A DNA stretch of 64,000 bases. Origin: Nemertoderma westbladi (Eukaryota; Animalia; Xenacoelomorpha). Location: the NCBI GenBank assembly GCA_032718475.1, contig JAUCBJ010008122.1, positions 1 to 64,000 of the forward strand, written 5' to 3'. The translations under genes were made by a program, and so were the position numbers. Positions 12,566 through 25,604 of this stretch are shown piece after piece. Positions within the stretch are counted from its first letter, which is position 1; each line of letters begins with the position of its first letter. A model generated the notes under the pieces. That model was not told the origin of the DNA and did not search any database. It was given only the letters and a program-made list of their open reading frames with translations.

Positions 12566-12656
12566 TTTACTAAGATAAGGTTAATTAATAATCGAATTAC
12601 TAAGATAAGGTTAATTAATAATCTAATTACTAAGATAAGGTTAATTAATAATCTAA
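12566..12656. repeat. 30-bp tandem repeat x3 near the exon 6 acceptor
   Basis: TTACTAAGATAAGGTTAATTAATAATC(G/T)AA repeated three times. Confidence 0.85.
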
Positions 12657-13168
12657 CACCGTGACATCTCCGGGAATTTATAGCTCCATAGGAATGACAT
12701 TCCCATACAGTAGAACATAAATAAATTAACAACAGGCAGCATGGATGCTGATAATTGACATGTGACGTGATAAGCGTCAGTGTTGTGATATCGTTAACAA
12801 GTCCACTATTTATTGTAATTAAAATTCTTTAAGGATGCGAACAATGTTTTAAGTTAATTTATGTTGAAATACTTCGATTTGGCTCGAATTTCCTGGCAGT
12901 TAAGATAATTTTACGGCATTCTATTTTAATAAGTAATAAGTTTTTTAATTTTAATAAGTTTTCAAGTACTTTTAGACTATAGGCTACTCTTTGGAGACAG
13001 GGGGGGGGGGGGGGGGGACAATAAACAAACACAATAGAACAGGTTACAGTTTTATTTTTGAAACTCTTATTTGCGTCGAATTTCCCCTGGATAAGGATGA
13101 ATTTTTATTGCGTCCAATTCCCCCCCCCCCCCCCCCCCCCCTATCTGACTCTGCATTTCCAGACTAAC

Positions 13169-13293
13169 CTGGTTGTAAATATAAGCGACTCCCTGGATTT
13201 CCGCTACCGCTACTTCCACTGGTGTTTTTCGGTTTATAAAATTAGCAGTGATCGCGATTGCCAATTTTCCACGGAACTCGCGCCGAGTAAAAC
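13169..13293 (-). CDS. MICAL: MICAL coding exon 5
   Basis: (G)[41 protein letters not shown]; acceptor ttaatag, donor GTTAGT; 125 nt, phase 1/0, matching exon 4. Confidence 0.93.
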
Positions 13294-13302
13294 CTATTAA
13301 TA

Positions 13303-16086
13303 GAAACATATCTGTTCAGTTTGAGTAGAGAAACACATCCGTTCAGTCTGAGTGAAAAACATCTGTTCAGTCTGAGTGAAACACATCTGTTCAGTCTGAG
13401 TGAAACACATCTGTTCAGTCTGAGTGAAACACATCTGTTCAGTCCGAGTGACCTGTTAAGTCCGAGTGAAACACATCTGTTCAGTCTCAGTGAAACACAT
13501 CTGTTCAGTCTCAGTGAAACAAATATGTTCAGTCTGAGGGAAACACATCTGTTCAGACTGAGTGAAACACATCTGTTCAGACTGAGTAGGGAAACACATC
13601 TGTTCAGGCTGAGTGAAACACATCTGTTCAGTCCGAATGAAACACATCCGTTCAGTCTGAGTGAAACACATCTGTTCAGTTTGAGTGAAACACATCTGTT
13701 CAGACTGAGTAGGGAAACACATCTGTTCAGGCTGAGTGAAACACATCTGTTCAGTCCGAATGAAACACATCCGTTCAGTCTGAGTGAAACACATCTGTTC
13801 AGTTTGAGTGAAACACATCTGTTCAGTCTGAGTAGAGAAACACATCTGTTCAGGCTGAGTGAAACACATCTGTTTAGTCTGAGTGAAACACATCTGTTCA
13901 GCCTGAGTGAAACACATCTGTTAAGTCCGAATGAAGCACATCTGTTCAGTCCGAATAAAGCACATCTGTTCAGTCTGAGTAGAGAAACACATCCGTTCAA
14001 GCTGAGTGAAACAACTGTTCAGTCTGAATGAAACACATCTGTTCAGTCTGAGTGAAACCATCTGTCCAGTCTGAGTGAAACACATCTGTTCAGTTTGAGT
14101 GAAACACATCTGTTTAGTCTGAGTGAAACACATCTGTTCAGTCTGAGTGAAACACATCTGTTCATTCCGAATGAAACACATATGTTCAGTCTGAGTGAAA
14201 CACATCTGTTCAGTCTGAGTAGAGAAACACATCCGTTCAGGCTGAGTGAAACAACTGTTCAGTCTGAGTGAAACACATATGTTCAGTCTGAGTAGAGAAA
14301 CACATCTGTTCAGGCTGAGTGAAACACATCTGTTCAGTCCGAATGAAACACATCCGTTCAGTCTGAGTGAAACACATCTGTTCAGTTTGAGTGAAACACA
14401 TCTGTTCAGTCTGAGTAGAGAAACACATCTGTTCAGGCTGAGTGAAACACATCTGTTTAGTCTGAGTGAAACACATCTGTTCAGCCTGAGTGAAACACAT
14501 CTGTTCAGCCTGAGTGAAACACATCTGTTAAGTCCGAATGAAGCACATCTGTTCAGTCCGAATAAAGCACATCTGTTAAGTCCGAATGAAGCACATCTGT
14601 TCAGTCCGAATAAAGCACATCTGTACAGTCTGAGTGAAACACATCTGTTCATTTTGAGTGAAACACATCTGTTCAGTCTGAATGAAACACATCTGTTCAG
14701 TCTGAGTGAAACCATCTGTTCAGTTTGAGTGAAACACATCTGTTTAGTCTGAGTGAAACACATATGTTCAGTCTGAGTGAAAAACAACTGTTCAGTTTGA
14801 GTGAAACATATCTGTTCAGTCTGAGTGAAACACATATATTCAGTCTGATTAGAGAAACACATCTGTTCAGGCTGAGTGAAACACATTTGTTCCGTCTGAG
14901 TGAAACACATCTGTTCAGACTGAGTGAAACATATGTGTTCAGTCCGAATGAAACACATATCTTCAGTCTGAGTGAGTGAAACACATCTGTTCAGTTTGAG
15001 TGAAAAACATCAACTCAGTCTGGGTGAAACACATCTGTGTACAGTCTGAGTGAAACACATCTGTTCAGTCTGAGTGAAACACATATGTTCAGTCTGAGTG
15101 AAACACATCTGTTCAGTCTGAGTGAAACACATATGTTCAGTCCGAATGAAACACATATCTTCAGTCTGAGTGAGTGAAACACATCTGTTCAGTTTGAGTG
15201 AAAAACATCTACTCAGTCTGGGTGAAACACATCTGTGTACAGTCTGAGTGAAACACATATGTTCAGTCTGAGTGAAACACATATGTTCAGTCTGAGTGAA
15301 ACACATCTGTTCAGTCTGAGTGAAACACATATGTTCAGTCTTAGTGAAACACATCTGTTCAGTCTCAGTGAAACACATATGTGTAGTGTAGTCACAGTGA
15401 AACAAATATGTTCTCTGAGTGAAACACATCTGTTCAGTCTGAGTGAAACACATCTGTTCAGCCTGAGTGAAACACATCTGTTCAGTCTGAGTGAAATACA
15501 TATGTTCAGTCTGAGTGAAACACATATGTTCAGTCTGAGTGAAACACATCTGTTCAGTCTGAGTGAAACACATATGTTCAGTCCGAATGAAACACATATC
15601 TTCAGTCTGAGTGAGTGAAACACATCTGTTCAGTTTGAGTGAAAAACATCTACTCAGTCTGGGTGAAACACATCTGTGTACAGTCTGAGTGAAACACATC
15701 TGTTCAGTCTGAGTGAAACACATATGTTCAGTATGAGTGAAACACATCTGTTCAGTCTGAGTGAAACACATCTGTTCAGTCTGAGTGAAACACATCTGTT
15801 CAGTCTCAGTGAAACACATATGTGTAGTGTAGTCTCAGTAAAACACATATGTGTAGAGTAGTCTCAGTGAAACAAATATGTTCAGTCTGAGTGAAACACA
15901 TCTGTTCAGTCTGAGTGAAACACATCTGTTCGGCCTGAGTGAAACACGTCTGTTCACGTTCAGTCTCAGTGAAACACATATGTTCAGTCTGAGTGAAACA
16001 CATCTGTTCTGTCTGAGTGAAACACATCTGTTCAGTGTGAGTGAAACACATCTGTTCAGTCTCAGTGAAACACATATGCTCAGTCT
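13303..16086. repeat. 24-bp (some 27-bp) minisatellite, roughly 115 copies, abutting the exon 5 acceptor
   Basis: Unit GAAACACATCTGTTCAGTCTGAGT with variants; gives the spurious periodic ORFs SETHLFSL / CVSLRLNR / MCFTQTEQ. Confidence 0.97.
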
Positions 16087-16776
16087 AAGTATATTAATAT
16101 TTTCGTACAGAACAGGGATATGATAATGGTGCGTTTTGCAAAGCAATAGTGTGTTTCCTACCAAGATTATACAACGTGACCGTATTTTTATGGGGTTCGG
16201 TAGTATATTTTCCATTTGGGTGCTGGTTCAGGCGAATTTTAACAACGAACTAATATTGCGAATATTTAATTTCGATGATAAACGCAATATTAAGGTATTT
16301 ATTAAATAATTTGTTAGGGTTACAGTGGCGTGATTTTAAAACCAAAACAATAAACGATAAACGACACCTTGGAATACAATAATTGTAGTTCTTGGAGAAA
16401 TTTTTCAATAACAAAATCGACCTAAGCGGCATAATATGTCAGGGCGGGAATTTTAAATTATTACAATATTAGGCTTATTGTTATTAAAAATTTACCAGTA
16501 AACTGCAGTAGTGTGGAATGTCTGAATGTCGTATCACTTATTCTCATTGGAACGTTGTGCTGTTGTGCATTGAGTCAGTCTGTCAGTTTCTTTGCAGTAT
16601 CTAGTATTTTAGTACCAGCTAGCTCTGCCTCTGTGCTCTGGCTGATAACGAGATATAGGTGTACGTGTACTGCATATCGGAGCAGCGACTTTGCACAAAT
16701 TTTGTACATTGCCCGTAATATCTAGACATATGTTTGTCTGTACTGAACCTTCCAGCGCTGTTACTGTACATGTGGA

Positions 16777-17562
16777 ATGGCCATGGGTTCGGGAGATGGG
16801 GCAGTGGATACAACCCACACGGGACGGAGTATGTGGCTGGTGAAGGTACCCAAGTACCTTTCGGACGCATGGAACACGGCCAACGAGGGAGGCAGTTCCG
16901 CCACAGTGGGGAAACTGCGGTTTAGCCGCCCGGAACCCGGCAGCAAGCAACCGAAAGTTCCACAGGTATCCTTCCACTTATCCAGTGAATTGGGACACGA
17001 CCCAAACTCAGCTAAACAAACGACGCCACTCGACCACAAACTGCAAATGACTAAGATCACGAATCAGACTCTCGCTATCATATCGGAAACACAGGTAGAC
17101 AATGTCGAGGTGGACGAAGGTGAACCGCGAAGGAAGAGAGTCGCCATCGAAGGGATGGTTAAACAACGCGCCACGGTAAACCCGTTTGGCAGCGGAAACT
17201 ACCTGCAACTCAAGTGCCGACAAGTTGAGGAGGCGGTACGACCGAATCGAACTGCGATAATGTTGGATCGCGCGGTTACTAACGCCTATAAACCGCGCAG
17301 CGACCACGCGGAATCAATCCAGTTCAATAAACATAAAAAGGAGGCCGGCAAACGTACTAGGGATGAACCAGAGGTTGTCAAGGAAGCGTTATTCGCCGCC
17401 TTCGAGAAGCATCAGTACTACAACATTCGGGACCTGCAGAAGCTTACTGGTCAACCAGTAATATATCTCAAAGAGATTTTGCTTAGTATAGCCATGTACA
17501 ACACCAAGACTCCCCATAAGAACATGTGGGAGTTGAAACCCGAATATCGTCACTATAAATAA
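16777..17562 (+). CDS. GTF2F2: General transcription factor IIF subunit 2 (TFIIF-beta/RAP30), intronless, 261 aa, antisense within MICAL intron 4
   Basis: WLVKVPKYLS..W motif; C-terminal winged helix LFAAFEKHQYYNIRDLQKLTGQPVIYLKEIL...HKNMWELKPEYRHY; AATAAA near 17606. Confidence 0.96.
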   Translation: MAMGSGDGAVDTTHTGRSMWLVKVPKYLSDAWNTANEGGSSATVGKLRFSRPEPGSKQPKVPQVSFHLSSELGHDPNSAKQTTPLDHKLQMTKITNQTLAIISETQVDNVEVDEGEPRRKRVAIEGMVKQRATVNPFGSGNYLQLKCRQVEEAVRPNRTAIMLDRAVTNAYKPRSDHAESIQFNKHKKEAGKRTRDEPEVVKEALFAAFEKHQYYNIRDLQKLTGQPVIYLKEILLSIAMYNTKTPHKNMWELKPEYRHYK

Positions 17563-18349
17563 CTATACTTCTGTATAATATTATAACATACAATTCTTTA
17601 ACTAAAATAAAACATTTGCAATTATGTTTTGGTTTTCTTTGAATAAACAATGTGTAATGACAGCTTAACGCTTAATAAGTAGTTATGTGGTGGCAAAAAT
17701 AAAAATAAAGGTACCGGTAAGGTTTTAAGCTGTCTATCTAAAATAGTGATTAAGCTGTTTATAAGGGAAGGGAATAATTTATTAGGGATGGTAACTTATC
17801 CAAGTAATAAGGTAAGAAGGTAACTATCTAAATGTGGTTAGAATGTCATTATTATACATAAAAATATAGGAAAAATCCACAGAGGCAATGCGACTAGCTG
17901 TATATGTTTAATGTTTAAGGTATAGAACGCCAATGCTTGCTCTACCTGTACAAATAAATTAACAATTTAACTAAAAACTTTGATATGTAGACATTTTGCA
18001 ATTACGAGATGAAGTTTACAATAAGTACCTAAAACTGTTTAAGATAATAATTAAATATTGATACTGGTAATTACGAGGCATGAGAACTGCACTAATTATT
18101 AATATGTTTAAATTATGTTTAAAAAAAATACTAATAAAATAAATTAGATCGCCAGTCGTGATTAAAAACGCACTAAAACAATAAAATATGGGAATGGTGA
18201 TTTAAAATGAAGATGATATTTATGGCAATACATACACTAACATTACAATATACAGTATAATAAATTAAAAATACTTTGTATTCATTTTGTATTTAAACTA
18301 AAAAAATTCAAAAGATACAAATAAAATGAAAATGTAAAATTATTATTAA

Positions 18350-20565
18350 GGGCGGGGGGGTACACCATTTTCGTACAACTCTTCGATTTATCACTCTCAG
18401 CGTTTCGAAAGTGTTTGGTTTTGGCTATAATTTGGCATATAGGTACCTAAGATGCTATTCTACATGACAGGTTAGAAAATTTTTATTTTTCGCTATTTAA
18501 TATTAGTTAATACTAGTTAACAACAAAAAAACTTGGTTGCGCTTAAAACCCTAAGGCTTTAACAGTTTTGAATCTAATCACATGAAAGTTTTTTTATATG
18601 ATAGATCAAAGATGGGGCAACATAAATATCAGGCAAAATTTTGTGAAAATAATTCTGCACCGCTAGGTGGCGCTGTCAATTTATGCTATTTTTTTTAGGT
18701 TTGTTACAAATAGTATTAAATTTTATTATCAAAAAATTTCGAAAAGTTGTCTGATACTTTTATGCAGGGTGGCTATCTAGACACCCACTGAAAGTTTCAG
18801 ACTAATTGCTCAAAAATTTTAGAATTAGTAGGGTTTTGAAGTTGAGAATTTCATAAAAAAAAATATTTGGAGGTAATCGACCTTTCATTATACATAGTAA
18901 TAGTAATTTCAATAGGAATCCCTATATGGAAATTGAAGTAGTTGCTTGAAAATCCAATAATAAAGAGTTAATTGTATTCTATTTGTTAATCATGCACGTT
19001 AAGTAAAAACCTTACCGGTAGGTATGTCAGTGCCAAAGCATGTAAAAAAACTAAAAAGCAACAAGACCTAGATGTTGCATGCAATCAGTGATCAGCTGAC
19101 AGCAGCCAGCTGATCGGTAGGTTTCGCCCCGCAACTGAAGGTATTCTCAGGAGGCCAAGTCAGGAAATGTAGAGATAAATTCCCAAAGGGGGACGGAACA
19201 GGTAACGAAATGAAGATATGTCTGTACTGTTTCAAAATTTGAAATGCCACGCCCACTTCTTAGGTGCACGAAAAATAGCATCCAGTTCAATTTTCGGAAA
19301 TGGAATATAATCACATTCGATTCAGCATAGTGAAAAACCTACTAGCCAACAATGCCACACTATCAGTTTTTAGAATATCAAAAAAATGTATATTTTGTCC
19401 TGGGACTACTTCTATTTTACATGAAAATTATTATACCCACCTTATTAAATTTTCATTTTTTTAGATGTTCCAATTTTTTGTTCCGATTTTGAAAATGTTC
19501 TTCGATAATTTTTTCACCTACAGCCCAAATTTCGTAGGATTTTATTGGATGATTACAAAAATACAGGGGGGGGGGGGGGGGGGGGGAATCGACCCCCCGC
19601 CAGTGCTGCTAATGGTCTAAACACCCCAGTGGTAATAGGGTTAGGAAGGCGATATCGCATTACAGATTGACATCCAAGAGCAAAGTAATGTCGACTCCAC
19701 AGCTCTGGAGGAGTAAATTTACAGTACAATGAAACTGAAACAAACCTGAAATTGCTCTGGTAGTCGCGGCAACCTTAGCAAACTAATAATGATTAGTAAA
19801 TTGTAATACTAGCTGACGCCAACTAGCGGACTGTACCGGTTCCGGCAACTACTTTACTTGCGACTGCGAGTTTGAGATTAATAATATTAGGTCCAAACTT
19901 TTATATTTTGATACTGTATTAATACAGGGGGGGGGGGGGGGGGGGGTAGCACATACACAAAATAAAACAACATAAAAAAAAACATAAAAACAACACACAA
20001 CATAAAAAAAATGTTCCAGGGCATTTCCAACCAAATCACATCACTGAACAAGTGTACCAAATTTCAACTCATTTCAGTTAAAATTGGCGGATAAATAGCC
20101 TTTTTCATGAAAAATCGTCATTCTGAGAAATGGGTGTTAAAAGGGTGTTAAAAGTTTAAGGAACAATTCTAACCTTCCCGCTATTTTAGATAACACCATT
20201 TTTCTATGTTCAACAATAACTTTGTCAAAGATGAATGAAATTCAAAGAAATGTTTCATGCTTGCAAACAGGTAAACTATAGTAAAACAACGTTTTAGCAA
20301 TTTTATTCATATCTGTACCGTGAGAGCCTTTTTTATGAAAATGGCCAGCCCCGTACAATTGTAAAATATAGTGCTGCTCGAAGGCTTGTCAAAATTCAGA
20401 CTAGCTCTTACGATTTTGGTAATAACTTGAGTTTGAGAAAAGATATCAGAAAACAGCTTGCAGATTTGAAATCTCCATTAAATTCGGCACATGATGAACA
20501 AAAAAAAACGTTTTTTGTCAATTTACAAAATAGGGGGGTGCAAAATAGCTACCCCCCCCCCTCCC
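18350..20565. mobile_element. Non-autonomous DNA transposon with TTAA TSD and GGG...CCC ends (Kolobok-like), probably composite
   Basis: TTAA at 18346-18349 and 20566-20569; termini GGGCGGGGGGGTACACCATTTT vs GGGAGGGGGGGGGGTAGCTATTTT (rc); no ORF. Confidence 0.65.
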
Positions 20566-21777
20566 TTAATTGATAATTTAACATTAAGGCGGGATATTAA
20601 TTCGCCAAGATAGGAATTGAAACAGCGGGTAGCGAAGCGACACTGTCTCCGAATGGAATGTGAGTATTGAATTCAGTCGTGGCGGGGAATTTAAATTTGT
20701 ACGTGCTTTATTTGTTATTATTTTAAAGATAGACAGTTAGTCAACATATTAATATAATGCCAATCATATAACTTAACTGGTAACTAAAGTTACATCATCA
20801 TTTCCCGGAAAGGATGTGATTTATAATGTAAGACTGGTTATGGACTCCATGTTGAATTGAAACTTTAGTATAAGTGCGCCATAAGATGGGGGTTCATGTG
20901 ATTTATTGCAATGTTTAAAAATATTTTGGTTATCTTGTAAAATTCTATCATTTTTCAGTAATACTTCTTGGACGGGGGACACAAGGTATTTATTTGTTTC
21001 AACATAAAACTTTTTAATGTCTTAAATATATCAGTAATATCATCTTTGTTATTAATAACCGAAAATATATTCCAAATCGCCAGTTGAATTATTATTTGAG
21101 TTGGTTATCTAAATATCTATCTATGGCAGGTAACCATAATAGCCATATACTTACCTAGATTAAAGTAATCCTGTTAGCAACCAACAATGAACAAAATATC
21201 TGCAAAACTTACCCATTCCAGTTTCGCAATAACATCTGATAGCAATATGTAATGTAAACATTGTGCGACACAAGAGACACGAAGAGTGAAATTATAATTA
21301 CTTATTGACGCATACCGGATACCCATGGTATGATAAGTGTGCTTGTTTAAGAAATGTATGTAGTTCAACAATTGATTACAATGAGGGATGGTATAGCTCG
21401 TAGGTTCATTGGTTCTATATTTTGTGTGTCTGTGTTGTTGTTTGACGTTCTCTTCACTGTGTTTTAGACATTGTCTTTGGTTAAATATATTGTGTGTGAT
21501 TACTGTGCGTGGTTTGAGAATAACAAGAAGGTCTGTTATGTTTTGGTTTTCATCTGTTCTGTTTGGTTAAGGTTGCCTCATAAAATATTATCACGAATTT
21601 AGTAATACAAACAACTCAAAGGACACTTTCAAGCAAATATAATTCAATTTTTACACAAATGACAATCTCGCCAATCTGTTTAGCTTAGATAATAAAATCG
21701 GAACTGGGACCTAAAATCGCCAGTTATATTGGCGACTTAGATAAGTAAAACAAAAGTAGCCAGATCTAGCCACTTAC

Positions 21778-21949
21778 CGGTTAATGTATTCCTCCTGCCA
21801 TCGGCGCCAATAAGGACATCGAACTGGTAGCTGCTGACAGGATGATGCGACGGGTCCACCTTGGCTGTCCAACCCCGATCAGCTGATGGTTCGATTAGAC
21901 GTTGGAACTCAACGTTCACTTCCACCTGAACGCCCAGAAGTAACGCAAC
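21778..21949 (-). CDS. MICAL: MICAL coding exon 4
   Basis: VALLLGVQVEVNVEFQRLIEP...GWTAKVDPSHHPVSSYQFDVLIGADGRRNTLT; acceptor ttttgcag, donor GTAAGT; 172 nt. Confidence 0.93.
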
Positions 21950-22488
21950 CTGCAAAACGTTAAAAAATTAAACGCATTTGGATGTGAATTAATCATCTCT
22001 ACAGTGGGAACAGCCCCAAATGTTCCAATAAGAGGAATATAAATATGGTACTTATACATCTACCGATTCCATTCATTGACTATAGAATATTCCTATGAAT
22101 GTGATTTATGATTATTGTTTAATGAGACTGATGGTACACCAAAAAATTCTGTTGAATAAACCGTTATATTCACGGACGGGTGTTACAAACATTTTAGGAG
22201 ACGTTATGCCAAACAATAATACAGAAACGCGGGAGAGCAGACAACACCTTCCAATTGGCATCATTTGCAATCTCTACATACAGAACAGTTTCTCAGGTGA
22301 TTCCAAAATAATTGAACCGGTTTAGAAAACAATGTTTAACATAAGGAAGAATGCGAAAATGGATTTAAAACGATAACAAATGTCATGGATATGTCCAGAT
22401 ATAGTTTTGTTCACAAAATGGTGACTTTCAAGGAGATTTTACAGATTACTGTAGTTATTTATTTTGTTAAGTAAAAGTGTCAGTGAAC

Positions 22489-22728
22489 CTTTAGCAACAA
22501 TAATTGTAGTTGTCGTATACTGATATGATTAATTTGGCCGGTGCAGAACTTCCCGTAGAACTTCTTGGCACCCAGATTCCTGAGATCGTGGATCACGAAG
22601 GGCCATATGTGGAGGACGTTGTTCCTACTGAACTGGTCGCGTTTATCCAATACAATAACCTTGCAGCCGAGCAGGGCGCACTCTATAGCAGCGCGGAGAC
22701 CGCAAGGACCGCAACCTATGATTAGCAC
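22489..22728 (-). CDS. MICAL: MICAL coding exon 3 (FAD-binding GxGxxG)
   Basis: [21 protein letters not shown]...[52 protein letters not shown]; acceptor ctcccag, donor GTTCAC; 240 nt. Confidence 0.95.
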
Positions 22729-23403
22729 CTGGGAGATAAAAAAAAATATATAATTTATATATGAGCGAATTTATTGGACATTGTTAAAGTAGCGATCAGC
22801 ATAAAACATTAATATAGTGTCAACTGTCAAGCTGCCAATTACTGTCAATAGACAATAAACTATATTGTATATTACGGGCCGCACTAATATTGAACTGGAC
22901 ATTGCCAACAGCTAGTGAAGGGTCTTAATAGTATTGGTATTAGTTAGAGTTCGGGTCAAGAGGATTCATTGGGTATCTTACTCTTTAACGTACTGTAATT
23001 AACGATATTCGATTATTACAGAATAGATATATTAATAAATACGTTCAACTGAACTGATAGATACACAAACATAGAGTTAGTTACCGCTACCGGAGTGTTA
23101 TCTAATTAATCTAGAACGAAAAATAAAACTAACCCCAAGCGATTTAATGTGTACTTAACAGCAGTACAAAATACTATGAAAAACTACTCGGTAGACAAAG
23201 CCGTAATCAGTAGACAGACGGCAGTCTACAAACGATGTTTTTTGTTGTTTTTTTGTGTGAATGTTTTTTTTTTCACAAACAGAGGCTTTTAAAAATAGCG
23301 AAACGAGAAAATGTAAATAAAATTAGAAGATGGGGTAATGCAATGAAGCGAAGCTTAGCAATTAAGAATCGCGTTTCTTTTTGCCAATAACTTACTTAAG
23401 CGC

Positions 23404-23702
23404 GTTGTGGTGGGTGTGTGGGGGTGGGTGTGTGGGGGTGGGTGTGTGGGGGTGGGTGGGTGTGTCGGTGGGTGTGTGGGGGTGGGTGTGTGGGGGTGGG
23501 TGGGTGTGTCGGTGGGTGTGTGGGGGTGGGTGGGTGTGTCGGTGGGTGTGTGTCGGTGGGTGTGTGGGGGTGGGTGTGTGGGGGTGGGTGTGTGTCGGTG
23601 GGTGTGTGGGGGTGGGTGTGTGGGGTGGGTGGGTGTGTCGGTGGGTGGGTGTGTCGGTGGGTGTGTGGGGGTGGGTGTGGTGTTGTGGGGGTGGGTGTGT
23701 GT
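23404..23702. repeat. G/T-rich simple repeat (GGTGGGTGTGTG / GTCGGTGG), CA-rich on the MICAL sense strand
   Basis: Direct reading; begins about 40 nt inside intron 2 from the exon 2 donor; many GGG runs. Confidence 0.95.
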
Positions 23703-23740
23703 AATACACTGCAAGAAAAGTTGGGTGTCTGTCTACCAAC

Positions 23741-23905
23741 CTTTGTATTGGCGCACGCTCTTTGCCCCTGGTACACGGCATGGATAGCACGTTTGTCTAT
23801 CTTTGACCACAGATGTGTAGCCTTCCATGACGTCAGATTATTTTTCAGGTTCTGATAGAAAGTTCTGTGACTAGCGGGGTTGAGCCCAACACCAAGGCAG
23901 AGATC
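23741..23905 (-). CDS. MICAL: MICAL coding exon 2
   Basis: DLCLGVGLNPASHRTFYQNLKNNLTSWKATHLWSKIDKRAIHAVYQGQRACANTK; acceptor tttcag, donor GTTGGT; 165 nt. Confidence 0.9.
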
Positions 23906-24946
23906 CTGAAATAGAAAGCGAATTGAGTTTATGGGACAACTACCAGACCGATACATAACTATAATCCAAAACGACCGACAGGTTAAATATAAGGAGTTTG
24001 TTGGACATTATTACTCTGGAGTCCCGAACAGACGAAGTGGATGGAAAGAAGTCCATATGAATTATAAAAGGCTACAGCTGTTATGATTGTAAATTTTTTT
24101 TAAAAATTTCCGCTTACTTATTTTTATAGAATAATAGTCCTTTATTTATTATATTTCACTACTTTCTATTCACGGTCGCCTAGGTTATTGCTGAACAGCT
24201 TACTTACTTCTGCAACCCGGGTCTCTCCAGCCCACCCGAAATCGTAAAGACTACCGGTTATATAACCACCCCAAAACATTCTTACATTTCTCTAAATCAT
24301 CTACGCTGTCCCTATTTGTCGGTCTTGACGGACAACATCTTCACCACAGCGACAAACACCTTCCTTATGTATATCTATTTGCTGTGTGATAGTTCCTAAA
24401 TTTTGCATAGATGTGATTCTCTAACCTTTGAGTATCTACGTCGGGACAAAGGGTTTTTTGAATATTCCGCCTCGCGCAGCACGACATAATGAGTTTACGT
24501 ATTATATCGAATGCCAATTTAATGTTTTCAAATGTGAGTCATTTCTCAATTTCCAATAAATTTTCTCGGAATTTGATACACAAACAATACAGCAGGGCAT
24601 TATCAGATTATTATACGTATTATTAGTACTACATGTTCTACCCAATTCATTAACAGAATAGGACATACAAGGTTTCTCTGACAGCGCCAAGAAATTGACC
24701 AAAAATAAAAGGTCTCCAAAGGTCAACTGGTCTACAATCCTCTATACGAATGGTCGAGCATAATTTTTTTAACATTCTCTATTTTTAGTCACGCCCACTT
24801 AATCCAATTAAATTAACAGGTAACAGCGACGCCATTTTTATATAATGAATTATGTTATGGGGCTTGGCAGATAGTAGTGAGATAACCCCAGTAGTGACGG
24901 GCGTGAAAAAAGGCTTAATTAACAAACAGCGTGTCAACGTATATAC

Positions 24947-25138
24947 CTGGAATCTTTCTATAGTCCCTTTACAGGAAGAAACGCTGACGAATTTATCAAA
25001 CAACTGTCCGACGAGTCTGTCCCGGATTCCGGGATCGTTTAATAACGGGGGTTTACTGTGCTGGTCCGGACTAGTTTGAACTACATCTTTATCTTGTACC
25101 GGTTGGCCGCCATCGTCAGCATCCGTTGTCCCAACCAT
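24947..25138 (-). CDS. MICAL: MICAL first coding exon
   Basis: MVGTTDADD...LFDKFVSVSSCKGTIERFQ (MICAL LFD.FV....CKGT...FQ); ATG 25138 with an in-frame upstream TAG; donor GTATAT; 192 nt. Confidence 0.82.
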
Positions 25139-25604
25139 AACATAAAACAACTAGATAGCTGGGAACTCGATCTTAGCACCACCGCCACAGACATGCAGTC
25201 CCACCACAGATAGACTGACTGAACCACTTGAACTCAACATCAAGGATTACAACAACATAAGAAGTGGGTCATGATAATTACGATGCTGTTCATTAAAATG
25301 CAATAGAAATAAGATAATTAAAATATAATAGAAGAATGGAAGAAGTAGGCCTAAGCAATTAAAATAGCTACGTCACGTCTGCACGTTATGCTGTTAGGCC
25401 TTCTCATACCGATGCATTACAGCATTAATAAAATATCACGGGTATAATTTATTTGGCCATATGGGGACCGTTTCATGAAACACTTTTATATAGGGCATAG
25501 GGGCATACCGGTACCGCTTATTTCAGTATTTTATAAAAGACTTTTTAAAATTTTTTCATAAAACCTTAGGCCTATTTTTTTAATAAGTAATACACGTCAT
25601 AAAC

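Noticed and set aside
13242-16215. Many overlapping ORFs with periodic peptides (SETHLFSL, CVSLRLNR, MCFTQTEQ)
   Set aside because: By-products of a 24/27-bp intronic satellite that is open in several frames on both strands; no unique domain.
23355-23855. Thr/His/Pro-rich and Gly/Val/Cys/Trp-rich ORFs
   Set aside because: Translations of the GT-rich simple repeat; only 23741-23905 is a real MICAL exon.
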